A stretch of DNA of 64,000 bases from Eledone cirrhosa (lineage: Eukaryota). The stretch spans positions 992,001-1,056,000 of the forward strand of contig OZ024757.1 of assembly GCA_964016885.1 (NCBI GenBank), given 5' to 3'. The first letter of the stretch is position 1; the number at the start of each line of letters is the position of its first letter. The notes under the pieces are model-generated. The model did not search any database and was not told the DNA's origin. It worked only from the letters and a program-made list of their open reading frames with translations. Of this stretch, positions 38,862 through 51,725 are shown one piece after another. The translations under genes were made by a program, and so were the position numbers.

Positions 38862-39347
38862 TATATATACATATATATACACACACACACATATATATAC
38901 TGTATTTGCCAGCATCGAAGACGCTTCGTCCTCAAGAACGCACCCTAATTTTGACAACCAAAAATTTGAAAAAAAATAATAAACAACCTTCGGCCTCCAG
39001 CACGCATGGTAGATTTTTGAGACTTATTTTAGGGCAAAAGTACCGTCTTTGATGGTATATATAAATTGGAGTGAAAGCAACTGGTGCGTGTGTTTCTTAT
39101 TGGCAACATGACCTTCCCAAAGTATAACAATATATCGGTAGAGGGTCGGACGCCATGCTTTACAGCATAGTTACGTCCCTTTACAATCTGAGTTCAAATC
39201 CCGCCGAGGTTGACTTTGCCTTTCATCCTTACGGGGTCGATAAAATAAAGTACCAGTAATGCACTGGGTAATTGCTGGCCTTGTGCCTAAAGTAGAAACA
39301 ATATATATATATATACATACACTGACACACACACATATATATATATT

Positions 39348-39392
<45 letters not shown>

Positions 39393-39445
39393 TCACAGAC
39401 ACTCACATACATATATATATATACACACACACTCACACATATATA

Positions 39446-41351
39446 TCATCATCATCATTTTACATCTGCTTTTCCCTGCTTGCAAGGGTTGGACGGGTCC
39501 TATTCAGTAGAGCATCTCTCCACTTGTCACAGTCCTTCGTCATCTCCTCGGTGAGTTTCAGCGATCTGAGGTCTGCTCTCACCACCTCCACCCATGTTTT
39601 TCGTGGTCTACCTCTCGTCTGTCTTCCTTCTAATGGGACTTCTTGGCACTTCTTTACCTAGCGGTCATCCTCCATGCCCATCACATATCCATACCATCTC
39701 AGCCATCTCTCCTGCACACCACAACTTATCCCTCGTATACTGAGTTTCTTTTTCAACTCGTTCATGCTTGGTCGTTCACACACATTAACATTGCACATCC
39801 AACAGAGCATGCTTGCTTCATTTCTTTCCAGCCGTCGCATATCTTGTTCAGTTGCTACCCATGTCTCACTACCATGCAGCATCGCGCATCTCACACAGGC
39901 ATCCTATAACCGTCCTTTTGTATGCAGGAAGAAACCCTTCTTTGTCAACAAAGGAAGCAGCTCCCTAAACTTCTTCCAACCTGTCCTTATTCTAGACACT
40001 ATGGCCTCGCAACACCCCCTTCCCATGCTAATCTGACCACCTAGGTACCGGAAGCTATCAATCACTTCTATAACACCCACCTGCATTGGAAAAATGAGTC
40101 CAGAACTGTGATTACTACTGCCAACTTTCCTGTGCATCTACTGCATATGTAGTTTTCCCTACCTGTTAGTTTGCCTGCTGTCACACTACATCTCTTGTGT
40201 ACCCAAAATTTGCATTGCATACATTTTATAGAATTTATGCCAGTTCCTTTCCAACATATCGAACATGGGCCATTTCCCTGATGGAATCAACGTTTTGTCC
40301 TCTTTTCTACTTTGTCTTAGCTAGGTTCACTCTCAGTCCTCTTACTGTTTCCATAGCCAGAATTTATTTATACGTTTTGTCCTCTTTTCTACTTTGTCTT
40401 AGCTAGGTTCACTCTCAGTCCTCTTGCTGTTTCCATAGCCAGAATTTATTCTCTAGCTCCTCTACTGATTCTGCTATAAGAACCAGATCATCAGCATAGA
40501 GAAGTTCCCATGGGCATCCAGTCTTAAACTCCTCTGTTATGGCTTGGAGGACTATAATGAACAAGAGCAGGCTGAGGACCGAACCCTGATGTACACCTAT
40601 TTGTATCAGGAATTCCTCACTAAACTCCATACCTACTCTCACTTTACTGACAGCACCTCTGTACAAAGTTTGCACTGTCCTTACAAGCTATTTCTCAACA
40701 TCTAGTTTCTTTAGGGACCACCAGATGACAGATCGGGGTACCCTATCAAAGGCCTTCTCTATGTCAACAAAGGCTAAATATAGTGACTTATTCTTCTCTA
40801 AGAACTTCTCTTGTAGTTGCCTCACTAAGAAGAGGGCATCTGTTGTACTTTTCCGAGGCACAAAACCAAACTGCATCTCATCTAATTTGACCTTTTCTCT
40901 AATCAGTTGCGCTAATATTCTCTCTGCCACTTTCATAACCTGACCCATCAGCTTTATGCCCCTATAATTGCTCCTCTCTAGAGCATCCCCTTTACCTTTG
41001 TAGCAATTTATGAGAATACTTCTGCACCAGTCTTTGGGTATGACACCACCATATATAGCCTCATTGATGATGCGTGCAACCAGTTTAGTGCCTACTTCTC
41101 CTGAAGCCTTCAGCATCTCTGCAACTATCCCCAGCAGTCCAGCAGCCTTACCATTCTTCATTTCTTTAATTGCCTCTTGTACCCTATATTCGTCAATCTC
41201 AATAGCTGGTCCCTCTGTTGGGTCTACTGGGAGTAATTTCTCTGTCCCATTCATTCTCCACATTCATCAGTCTCTCATAGTGACATTCCAGGCCTCCTTT
41301 TTTTGATCATTCGTTCACCGGCATCATTCCGGACACATTTATCTCCAACAA
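39446..41351 (-). mobile_element. Decayed 5'-truncated RTE LINE related to family B
   Basis: NYRGIKL, QFGFVPRKSTTDA, AFVDIEKAFDRVP, LLYADDL, MLHGSETW; internal duplication of about 80 bp near 40290-40450. Confidence 0.9.
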
Positions 41352-41353
41352 AT

Positions 41354-41691
41354 GGAGGCACATGGCGTAGTGGTTAGAGCATTGGCCTTGCAATCGAAAG
41401 GTTGTGAGTTCAATTCTCAGACCGGGTGATGTGTTGTTTCCTTGAGCAAGAAACTTTATTTCACATTGCTCCAGTTTACTCAGCTGTAGAAATGAGATGA
41501 TAGGGACTGAGGTCCTTATCATTCCACTGCAAAGTGGTCGTGCAGGTGCCACGGCAAAAAAAGCACCCAGCACTCACTGTAAATGAGGTTGGTGTTAGGA
41601 AGGGCATCCAGCTGTAGAAATCAAGCCAGCATCAGTTCCCGTCCTACCCTTGCAAGCAGGGAAAAAGCAGACGTAAAATGAAATGATGATG
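41354..41691 (+). mobile_element. SINE family A copy
   Basis: Near-identical to 13398-13728. Confidence 0.88.
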
Positions 41692-41741
41692 AACATCCTG
41701 ATTTGCATGGTGTATATATATATCTTTCTCTCTTTCCACAG

Positions 41742-41852
41742 AGTTCCCTGACCAAAGTCCAGGTCCGATCTATGCCTATTCCAGCCACCTAAGTAACCTA
41801 GGGATGTCTTCAGTTCCGACAGTGATGATAACAGGAAGAGCTAAAGAACCAT
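41742..41852 (+). CDS. ODF3/CIMAP1-like internal exon (absent from the ORF track)
   Basis: tctttctctctttccacag| ... |gtaaga; 111 nt, phase 1-1; FPDQSPGPIYAYSSHLSNLGMSSVPTVMITGRAKEP is the second PGP repeat. Confidence 0.82.
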
Positions 41853-41924
41853 GTAAGATATTGTTGCAATATTTATCACTAAATCTCTTTGGTTCAACCA
41901 TTTTACTCCTATTTCTTTCAACCT

Positions 41925-43030
41925 TGGAAAGATGACAGCCAAAGCTGACCCCTGCGGGATTTGAACACAATGAATACTACTAATAATACTGGTTTCTACT
42001 TTTGGCACAAGGCCAGCAATTATCCCAGTGTATTACTGGTACTTTATTTTATCGACCCTGTAAGGACGAAAGGCAAAGTTAACCTCGGTGGGATTTGAAC
42101 TCATACTACTAATAATAATGGTTTCTATGTAAAGGGACATAACTATACTGCGAAGCATGGTATCTGACAATCCGACAGCCCTTAATAATAATAATAATAA
42201 TTGCTTCTACTTTTGGCACAAGGTCAGCAATTACCTAGTGCATTACTGGTACTTTATTTTATCAACCCCGTAAGGACGACAGACAAAGTTAACCTCGGTG
42301 GGATTTGAACTCAGACCGTAAAGGGACGTAACTATGCTAGAAATCATGGCGTCCGACCCTCTACCGATACTGAGGCACAAGGCCAGTACTTTGGAATAAT
42401 AATAACAATAATAATAATTGTTTCTACGTTAGGCACAAGGCCAGCAATTACCCAGTGCATTACTGGTACTTTATTTTATCGACCCCGTAAGGATGAAAGG
42501 CAAAGTTAACCTCGGCGGGATTTGAACTCAGATCATAAAGGGACGTAACTATGCTGGAAAGCATGGCGTCCGACCCTCTACCGATACTGCCAATCCACCG
42601 CCTTTAACAATAATAATAATAACAATGATAATAATAATTGTTTCTACTTTAGGCACAAGACCAATAATTTTTTTTGGGGGGGGGTGTAAATCGATTATAT
42701 TGACCCCAGTGCATTACTGGTACTTTATTTTATTGACCCCATAAGGATGAAAGGCAAAGTTAACCTCGGTGGGAATTGAACCCAGAACGTAAATGGCCGT
42801 AACTCTATGCCACAAAGCATGTAGTCCAGCACTCTACCAAAACTGCCAGTCCTCCACCCCTACTACATAATGATAATTTCTGATATAGGAACAAGGCCAA
42901 CTATTTGGGGAGAGGCAAAAGTTGATTAAACTGCCACCAGTACATTGCTGGTACTTTATTTTATGACCCCATAAGGGTGAAAGGTAAACTAACTTTGGCA
43001 GGATATGAACTCAGAATTTAAAGAGTTGTA
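41925..43030 (-). mobile_element. Cluster of about 6 co-oriented SINE family B copies or fragments
   Basis: Repeated ctggtactttattttatcgacccc..aaggatgaaaggcaaagttaacctcgg.gggatttgaactc separated by (AAT)n. Confidence 0.85.
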
Positions 43031-43333
43031 ATTAAATATAATACATGTGTATATGTATAAATACATATGCGTGTGTGTGTTTGTTTTTGTGTGTATATAT
43101 ACATATATGTGTGTGTATATATATATATATATTTATAATTGCTTGTGTGTGTGTACATGTATATATATATATATATGTATATATGTGTGCGTGTATATAT
43201 ACATATATATATTTATAATTGCTTGTGTGTGTGTACATGTATATATATATGTATGTATATATGTGTGCGTATATATATATATATATTTATAATTGCTTGT
43301 GTGTGTGTACATGTATATATATATGTATATATA

Positions 43334-43363
<30 letters not shown>

Positions 43364-43364
<1 letters not shown>

Positions 43365-44653
43365 GGTGTTTACATCCGATATCGAACCTCAGGCAGCATA
43401 TTTAACATCAGGCGCTTTGCTGCGAAGACAAAAGTATTTACATCAGTCATAAGAGACCTCTTGTATGCAGATGATTGCGATCTTGTAGCGCACACAGAGA
43501 GTGATATGCAGCACATTTTGAATGTATTTTCTGACGCTTGCACTGCCCTGGGTTTGACTGTCAGTCTCAAGAAAACCGTCGTCATGTACCAACCTGCACC
43601 TGGTAGGCAGTACACTGAACCAAACATCTATGTGTATGGCAAACGACTTGGAGTGGTTGATCAGTTTGTCTACCTGGGAAGCACTGTCAATCGATACGGC
43701 AACCTTGACAGTGAAATCTCACTTAGGATTAGGAAAGCAAGTGATGCTTTCGGAAAGCTAGAAAGGCGACTCTGGGGTCGGCGAGACATATGCAGGAGGA
43801 CAAAGGTAAAGGTGTACAGGGCATGTGTACTCTCTTGTCTTCTTTATGCCTGCGAGACCTGGGTCACATATCGACGCCACCTTAAGCAATTGGAGCGTTT
43901 CCATCAGATGTGTCTCAGACGGATACATGGCGTTCACTGGAGGGACCACATCAGTGATGTCGAGATTTTGGAAAGCTCTATGTGTGACAGTATAGAAGCT
44001 CTTGTGCTTAAGCAGCGACTCCGTTGGAGTGGTCACCTTGCCAGGATGAAGGATTCTAGAATACCAAAACAACTCTTCTATGGAGAGTTGGTTAAAGGAA
44101 AACGACCGCCACATAAACCAAAAAAGAGGTATAAGGATTCCTTGAAGGCCTCTCTGAGAGACGCTAACATCTCTGCTGATACATGGGAGAATGTTGCTGC
44201 TGATCGTAATAAATGGAGAAAGACTGTATATGAGGGAAAAGTTGCCTTTGAGGCATCTCGAATCGCACACGAGAAAGTAAAGCGGGACGTGAGGAAGGGT
44301 ATTGCTGTTGCACTTCCAGACGGCGAGGGTCCTCCTATGTTTCTGACATGCAGCGTCTGTGCGAGACTCTGCCTAAGCAAAGCTGGACTCGAAAGTCATC
44401 TTCGCAGTCATAAAGTAAGACCAGTGGTTGACTACCAGGCTGCTGTTGGAGATGCTACTCATCATGCTTGCCAAACATGTGGTAGAGAATGTAAATCAGC
44501 AGGAGGACTCAAGCGACATGCAAAAGTACACGAACTCCAACCACAGCCGACTATTCCCAGTAAATGTTTTGGTTGCCGACTCTGTGCAAGACATTTTGGA
44601 TCATTGGCTGGGCTAAAAAGCCACATTCGATCGCAGCACTGTTAGTTGCTATC

Positions 44654-44695
<42 letters not shown>

Positions 44696-44774
44696 GCTTA
44701 TGTGCGTGCGTGTGTGTGTATATATATATGAATATGTATATTATTATTGTTGTTGTCGTTATTATTATTATTGC

Positions 44775-44817
<43 letters not shown>

Positions 44818-44939
44818 GTTATTAATGTATGTGTGTATATATGTGTGAGTGTATGTGTATGTATGTGTGTGTGTATATATGTATGTATGTGTATGTATGT
44901 GTGTGTGTATATATATGTGTATATATATATATATGTATA

Positions 44940-44972
<33 letters not shown>

Positions 44973-45002
44973 CTTTTTTTTTTTTTTTTTTTTTTTTTTA
45001 TT

Positions 45003-45041
<39 letters not shown>

Positions 45042-45097
45042 TTTTTTTTTTTTTTTTTTTTTATTGTGCAATGGCCATACTCGATAACGAGGGGGCA

Positions 45098-45104
<7 letters not shown>
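43364..45104 (+). mobile_element. 5'-truncated RTE LINE family A; frame open to the stop at 44645
   Basis: LLYADD, FVYLGS, RLRWSGH, three C2H2 motifs; same 3' UTR as 11354-11670. Confidence 0.93.
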
Positions 45105-45140
<36 letters not shown>

Positions 45141-45457
45141 TATATGTGTGTGTATCTGTGTATATATATGTGTGTGTAATTTTGAGTATGTGTTGGTTGT
45201 TTACCGACACCTCAGTATACAAGTTGGAGCACTCAACGAGCTGACCTGTTTCTAGGAGAACTGCTGACTGAAGAACTTCAATAGACTTTCGGCTGGGGGG
45301 AGGTATGATATCTGAGGTGGGGGAATATCTTTTGGACCCTGAAATTCGTTCATTCTAAATCACATGCTTTCAGTTCCTTAGAGGACTAACAACACACCCA
45401 GGAGCTGGGTTTAATCCATTACAACATTATGTTTTCCTGTTTATTCTGTTTAAGTTC

Positions 45458-45798
45458 TTACTGCCTGATGAGGTCATAGCTGTTGAAGACATTCAACCGC
45501 CTGAGAACAGGAATGGGGCGATCAAAAGCTGCTATGGCCAGATGGGGCTACAAGACCAGCCCAACCATCTGCGAATGTGGAGAGGAGGACCACATGATGC
45601 AGCACTGCCTTGTTTGCCCTCTACTACCCAACCAGTGCAGCTTAAAAGATCCCGCAGAATTTAATAATAATGCAAAGGACTGTATAAAGAAATGGGGAAA
45701 CTGTCATATAACCAGATACGAAAAGAAGAAGAAGAAAAAGAAGAAGAAGAAGAAGCTGTTGAATAATGGCTATCACTGAAATATATATATAGCAGCAA
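45458..45798 (+). ncRNA. Type I hammerhead split by a LINE insertion
   Basis: After removing the insert and one TSD: ttactgc-CTGATGA-ggtcatagc-tgttgaataatg-gctatcact-GAAA-tatatata-TA-gcagcaa. Confidence 0.75.
45488..45753 (+). mobile_element. Vingi/Ingi-like LINE 3' fragment with 10-bp TSD
   Basis: NRLRTG.GR...M.RWG....CECG.....H...C; ATACGA(AGA)n-like tail; TSD AGCTGTTGAA at 45478-45487 and 45754-45763. Confidence 0.8.
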
Positions 45799-45914
45799 AT
45801 GTGAATAAACGAAGCTAATTTTAACCTGTTGACTTACACTTCTTGTTTTTATATATATGTGTATATATATATATATATATTATTTTTAATGTAATTATTA
45901 TTTTATATTTTTAG

Positions 45915-46408
45915 ATTTATGGGAGGGTATATTGGATACTCCAGCTCCCGGAACATATTGCGGTCCTAAAGTCCGAGTATTGAGAGAAAATACAGCTCCA
46001 GCCTTTAGTTTTACCTCTCGTCCTAAAGCCCATAAAAACACCATCCCTTCCCCTTGTGCCTATTCTCTGCCAGGAATCCTGGGTGACAGACCTGTTAATC
46101 TTCGCAATGTCCCGGCTTACAGTATCAATAAAAGACTAGAATATAACAGCTATGCTTACGACTTTGCTAAAACACCGGGGCCCGCTAAATATGGCACTGC
46201 ACCACCATTACAGTCGTCACAGAAAAAGCCACCACTGTTTTCTCTGAGGAGTCGAACAGCCATACCGAAGTTTAAAATGGATAACCCTGGACCTGGGACA
46301 TATAATGTTCAAGAGACAAAACCTTTTGGTAATTCCACACCAAAGTATTCGATGGGGATCAAACATTCACCGTATCTTATGAAGGCCTTCATGGATGTCT
46401 TTGAATAA
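45915..46408 (+). CDS. ODF3/CIMAP1-like last coding exon
   Basis: ttttatatttttag|, phase 1; four repeats (TPAPGTY, PSPCAY, TPGPAKY, NPGPGTY) and C-terminal YSMGIKHSPY typical of the family. Confidence 0.9.
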
Positions 46409-46455
46409 TTTAATTTTCTCTCCCTCAACTTTTATTTCTTCTGTTGTTGTTTTTT

Positions 46456-46461
46456 AATAAA
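46456..46461 (+). promoter_or_regulatory. Candidate polyadenylation signal AATAAA
   Basis: About 48 nt after the stop codon, followed by T-rich sequence. Confidence 0.6.
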
Positions 46462-46559
46462 GTCTTTCTTTCTTCGTCTTCTGTTTAATGAGATTTCTAA
46501 GGGAACCAATTCTCCAGAGACACTGACACAGCTTGGGAAGTTAATGTCATACTTTCTTG

Positions 46560-47335
46560 TATGACATCACTGTTGTGAGATATGACAAGACTTATGACAG
46601 CACTACACTAGATGATGACATTGTTGTTGTGAGTTATGATGAGACTTATGACAAGACTACATTAGATTATGACATCACTGTTGTCAGTTATGACAGCACT
46701 ACATTAGATTATGACATCACTGTTGTCAGTTATGACAGCACTGCATTAGATTATGACATCACTGTTGGGAGTTATGACAGCTCTACATTAGATTATGACA
46801 TCACTGTTGGGAGTTATGACAGCAGTACATTAGATTATGACATCACTGTTGAGAGTTATGACAGCTCTACATTAGATTATGACATCACTGTTGGGAGTTA
46901 GGACAGCACTACATTAGATTATGACATCACTGTTGGGAGATATGACAGCACAACATTAGATTACGACATCACTGTTGGGAGTTATGACAGCACTACATTA
47001 GATTATTACATCACTGTTGGGAGTTATGACAGCTCTACATTAGATTATGACATCACTGTTGGGAGTTATGACAGCACTACATTAGATTATGACATCGCTG
47101 TTGGGAGTTATGACAGCACTACATTAGATTATGACATCACTGTTGGGAGTTATAGCAGCACTACATTATATTATGACATCACTGTTGGGAGTTATTACAT
47201 TGCTATATTAGATTATGACATCCCTGCTGTCAGCTATGACAAGACTACATTAGATTATGACATCACTGTTGGGAGTTATGACATTGCTATATTAGATTAT
47301 GACATCCCTGTTGTCAGTTATGACAATTCTACATT
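46560..47335. repeat. 42-bp minisatellite made of two related 21-mers, about 18 units
   Basis: ttatgacatcactgttgggag + ttatgacagcactacattaga. Confidence 0.93.
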
Positions 47336-48011
47336 ACATTAAGTCAATGATGTCATGGGATATGACAACACTATGACATTGCTGCAACCATCACACACCT
47401 TCACATTCAATTAGATGACAATCATCTAATTTCTCTTTTACTCTCTATCGCAAAATCCTTTTTATTGCTTTTCCTTTCGTTTTTCGAATTACAACAACTT
47501 AAAATGTTTTCCCCATGATTGAGGTGGAGGTGATGATAGAGGATATAATGGAGATCTGGTGGTGGTGGTTATTGTGGGGTGGGGCAGCTGTAGTGATGGA
47601 ATCAAGACAGGAGACAGGTAGCTGAGGGTAAAATTTATCAAAGTTGTCCCTACCCATGAAACGTGTAAACATTTTTTTTTATTTAAAAACAAAAAAATCA
47701 TCCATCAAAATTTTCTCAAACGATTTTCTCCAAATCTTTTCAAAAAACTTCAAGAAAATTTTTCAAAACTTTACATCAAAATTTTCTTCAAAATTGCTAA
47801 AGAAACCAATTCCGACATATTTAAAAACTATTTGTAACATTAATTTATTCACTTTAATTTAAAGAAAAAAACCAAACCTGTCTCCTTTTTCCCCTCCCCC
47901 ACATTCCTGTGTATTAGTATTTACCCCCTACTCCACCCACAACAAAACCCACCTAAAATGTGTGTACATAAACTAATATATTCAACATTTGCTATTATAT
48001 CTCTCGATGGA

Positions 48012-49954
48012 CCCTTTAACATTACTCTATAAATACTATTATATTTTCACAGTAAAGGCTTTACCTCACATAATATCTCACATAATATTTACACTACTCT
48101 ATATATACTATTGTATTTTCACAGTAAAGGCTTTACCTCACATAATATCTCACATAACATTTACATTACTCTATATATACTATTGTATTTTCACAGTAAA
48201 GGTTTTACCTCACATAATATCTCACATAACATTTACATTACTCTATATATACTATTGTATTTTCACAGTAAAGGTTTTACCTCACATAATATCTCACATA
48301 ACATTTACATTACTCTATATATACTATTGTATTTTCACAGTAAAGGTTTTACCTCACATAATATCTCACATAACATTTACATTACTCTATATATACTACT
48401 GTATTTTCACAGTAAAGGCTTTACCTCACATAATATCTCACATAACATTTACATTACTCTACATATACTATTGTATTTTCACAGTAAGCCTTTACCTCAC
48501 ATAATTATCCCACATAATACTGAATCTATGAGATTTTGATATTATTTATTTTGAGAACAAAACCTTAACATCAGTATGAGTGGCCGGTTACAGCCAGTTT
48601 GAACAAAAAAAAAGTGAGAGAATTCTAGCTGGATACAGCCAGTTCAAATGCTAAAGGTTCAGCTATTGTTCTCAAAATAAATGATATCAAAATCTCATAG
48701 ATTTGATATTATGTGAGGTAAAGCCTTTACTACAAAAATACAATAGTATATATAGATTATTGTAAATGTTATGTGAGATATTATGTAAGGTAAAGCCTTT
48801 ACTACAAAAATACAATAGTATATATAGATTATTGTAAATGTTATGTGAGATATTATGTAAGGTAAAGCCTTTACTGTGAAAATACAATAGTATATATATA
48901 GAGTAATGTAAATGTTATGTGAGATATTATGTGAGGTAAAGCCTTTACTGTGAAAATACAATAGTATATAGAGTAATGTGAATGTTATGTGAGATATTAT
49001 GTGAGGTAAAGCCTTTACTGTGAAAATACAATAGTATATATAGAGTAATGTAAATGTTATGTGAGATATTATGTGAGGTAAAGCCTTTACTGTGAAAATA
49101 CAATAGTATATATAGAGTAATGTAAATGTTATGTGAGATATTATGTGAGGTAAAGCCTTTACTGTGAAAATACAATAGTATATATATAGAGTAATGTAAA
49201 TGTTATGTGAGATATTATGTGAGGTAAAGCCTTTACTGTGAAAATACAATAGTATATATAGAGTAATGTAAATGTTATGTGAGATATTATGTGAGGTAAA
49301 GCCTTTACTGTGAAAATACAATAGTATATAGAGTAATGTGAATGTTATGTGAGATATTATGTGAGGTAAAGCCTTTACTGTGAAAATACAATAGTATATA
49401 GAGTAATGTAAATCTAAAGGGTTAACACAAGTATGAGTGACCAGTTATGGCCAGTTTGAACTGAAAGAAGTGCGAGAATTCTGGCCTGATACAGCCAGTT
49501 TAAATGTTAAACAGTTAATACTAACAACTTTCACTTTTGCATACTAATCAAGTTTAACCCTTTAACATTTACATTACTCTATATATACTATTGCATTTTC
49601 ATGGTAAAGACTTTATCTCACATAATATCTCACATAACATTTACATTATTCTATATATACTATTGTATTTTCACAGTAAAGGCTTTATCTTACATAATTG
49701 TCTCACATAACATTTACATTACTCTATATATACTATTGTATTTTCACAGTAAAGGCTTTACCTCACATAATATCTCACATAACATTTACATTACTCTATA
49801 TATACTATTGTATTTTCACAGTAAAGGCTTTATCTTACATAATTGTCTCACATAACATCAAATGTACGAGATGTTGATATTATTTATTTTGAGAACAATA
49901 CCTTAACATCAGTATGAGCGCCCGGTTACAGCCGGTTTAAATGCTAAAGGGTTA
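48012..49954. mobile_element. Cluster of piggyBac-like MITEs (+,-,+) carrying internal 69-bp tandem arrays
   Basis: Copy at 49554-49954 is bounded by TTAA|CCCTTTA...TAAAGGG|TTAA; arrays at 48020-48510, 48705-49412 (inverted) and 49565-49857. Confidence 0.72.
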
Positions 49955-50062
49955 AAGGTATTACAATACTATGAAAATCAAGTTCCTATATTTTGTGTCA
50001 ATGAAATGTTAATTAGACCAAGTGTGTTACATAATAAAAATTTCTATTTTGTTCATAACTGT

Positions 50063-51725
50063 GTCTTATGTTGAGTTCTTCCATATATTAACATATAACA
50101 TCTTGTCTTGAGTTCTTCCATATATTAACATATAACATCTTGTCTTGAGTTCTTCCATATATTAACATATAACATCTTGTCTTGAGATCTTCCATATATT
50201 AACATATAACATCTTGTCTTGAGTTCTTCCATATATTAACATATAACATCTTGTCTTGAGTTCTTCCATATATTAACATATAACATCTTGTCTTGAGTTC
50301 TTCCATATATTAACATATAACATCTTGTCTTGAGTTCTTCCATATATTAACATATAACATCTTGTCTTGAGTTCTTCCATATATTAACATATAACATCTT
50401 GTCTTGAGTTCTTCCATAGATTAACATATAACATCTTGTCTTGAGTTCTTCCATATATTAACATATAACATCTTGTCTTGAGTTCTTCCATATATTAACA
50501 TATAACATCTTGTCTTGAGTTCTTCCATATATTAACATATAACATCTTGTCTTGAGTTCTTCCATATATTAACATATAACATCTTGTCTTGAGTTCTTCC
50601 ATATATTAACATATAACATAGCGTACAACCTGTACGCTAAATTCCTCGCTATACTCCTTGCTAATCCTAACTTTGCTGACTGCTCCCCTATACATGGCTT
50701 GTACCGCTTTCACAAGCCATTCATCTACTCCTAGTTTTCTAAGAGCCCACCAGATTACAGCACGTGGAAGCTTAATTAAGAATGTAGGATTCACATGCAG
50801 CAGCTGTGCTGAAACAGCAAGCAGCAAACAGCCACAGGAAACAAGTACCACCAATCTCTGGGAGGGCCCTGTAGAAACAGTAGACAGCTTCTGCTACCTA
50901 AGTGACCGAATTAGCAACGGAGGTGGGTGTTCAGAAAGTACAATAACTAGGGTAAGAACGGGGTGGAAGAAGTTTAGGGAACTACTACCACTGCTAGCTG
51001 CAAAAGGCTTCTCCCTCAGAATGAAAGGCAGACTGTATGATGCGTGTATCCGAACAGCGATGTTGCATGGTAGTGAGACCTGGGCGCTGAAGGTGGAAGA
51101 CTTACGTAGATTAGAGAGAAACGAAGGAGTGGGGAGACCCAAGATGACCTGGGATGAGGTGATAAAAGCCGACCTTACCCAATTACACCTCTCAAAGACA
51201 ATGACACACGACCGTGACTTCTGGCGTCACGCAGTAATACAGAGTACCCGACCTCCCATGGGTACATGCTGAAGCATATAAACAATATGCCCCCACACAC
51301 CCCACCGCAAGGTGGTCGTGGAGGTGCCACGGCAAAAAAGCACCCAGCCCACACTGTAAAGTGGACGTGTAGGCGCCACGAAAAAGCACCCAGCACTCAC
51401 TGTAAATGAGGTTGGTGTTAGGAAGGGCATCCAGCTGTAGAAATCAAGCCAGATAAGTTCCTTTTTGAGCAAGGCATGGTCAGCCGACCAGACACTGCAC
51501 ACAACAGGACAACCCGTCTAACCCATGCTAGCGTGGAAGAACGGATGTAAAACGGTGATGATGATGATGATGATGATCTTGTCTTGAGTTCTTCCATATA
51601 TTAACATATAACATCTTGTCTTGAGTTCTTCCATATATTAACATATAACATCTTGTCTTGAGTTCTTCCATATATTAACATATAACATCTTGTATTCTGT
51701 TGAGTTCTTTCTTATATTAACATAC
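50063..51725. repeat. 37-bp minisatellite interrupted by an RTE insertion
   Basis: tcttgtcttgagttcttccatatattaacatataaca; about 15 units left of the insert and about 4 right of it. Confidence 0.93.
50627..51577 (+). mobile_element. RTE family B 3' fragment with 5' inversion and internal deletion
   Basis: 50627-50766 is RT sequence on - (RAVIWWALRKLG); 50767-51577 is on +, ending in (GAT)n. Confidence 0.88.

Noticed and set aside
46557-46901. DYDITVGSYDSSTL repeat protein
   Set aside because: Translation of a 42-bp minisatellite downstream of the polyA signal; no ATG start or splice support.
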